The notes below the pieces were generated by a model. The model worked only from the letters and a program-made list of their open reading frames with translations. It did not search any database and was not told the origin of the DNA. A program made the position numbers and the translations under genes. A stretch of 63,844 nt of DNA, filler included, from Octopus bimaculoides (lineage: Eukaryota), in NCBI RefSeq assembly GCF_001194135.2. It is 5 parts of 4 records of this genome, joined end to end, with 100 filler letters (N's around TTAATTAATTAA, not from the genome) between each part and the next. Parts side by side here need not be neighbours in the genome. Positions count along the whole stretch, not along the records: positions 62,591 to 63,844 come from NC_068985.1; 4 more parts are not named here. One strand, 5' to 3'. Below, piece by piece: positions 63,801-63,844 of this stretch (positions are counted from its first letter, which is position 1; every line of letters begins with the position of its first letter).

Positions 63801-63844
63801 ATGCATATATGTATGTATGTTTATATATATATATATATATATAT

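Noticed and set aside
47-63806. Most ORFs in the supplied track (poly-X, YIYI, THTH, CVCV, IIII, LSLS, ERER)
   Set aside because: They are read-through of N gaps or microsatellites, with no splice or domain support.
1-63844. CRISPR arrays, rRNA or intact tRNA genes
   Set aside because: None seen. The tRNA-like A/B boxes belong to SINE heads, and recurring motifs are dispersed SINE copies without spacers.

Overview
AT-rich, microsatellite-dense animal genomic DNA with many assembly gaps. The repeat families suggest an octopod cephalopod (inference). Most interpretable sequence is decayed mobile DNA: Penelope-like retroelements (PLEs), R4/Dong-type and L1/Tx1-type LINEs, CR1/RTE-like scraps, two tRNA-derived SINE families, and Tc1/mariner-superfamily fossils. 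The only host coding sequence I can support is two in-phase, spliceable minus-strand exons of a divergent Pointed(PNT)+ETS transcription factor (62490-62257 and 61261-61069). I could not find its last ETS exon. The most interesting signals are: (i) a well-preserved type I hammerhead ribozyme at the 3' end of a Neptune-like PLE; (ii) a second family of minimal hammerhead-like motifs sharing a non-canonical CUGU core; (iii) a SINE subfamily whose 3' tail matches the 3' end of a Tx1-like LINE that ends next to tetranucleotide microsatellites; (iv) a microhomology-flanked, two-part templated insertion inside a PLE; and (v) two 5'-intact R4/Dong copies with no reverse transcriptase region. All family names come from my motif recognition, not database searches. 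Repeat boundaries are approximate unless junction sequences are quoted.
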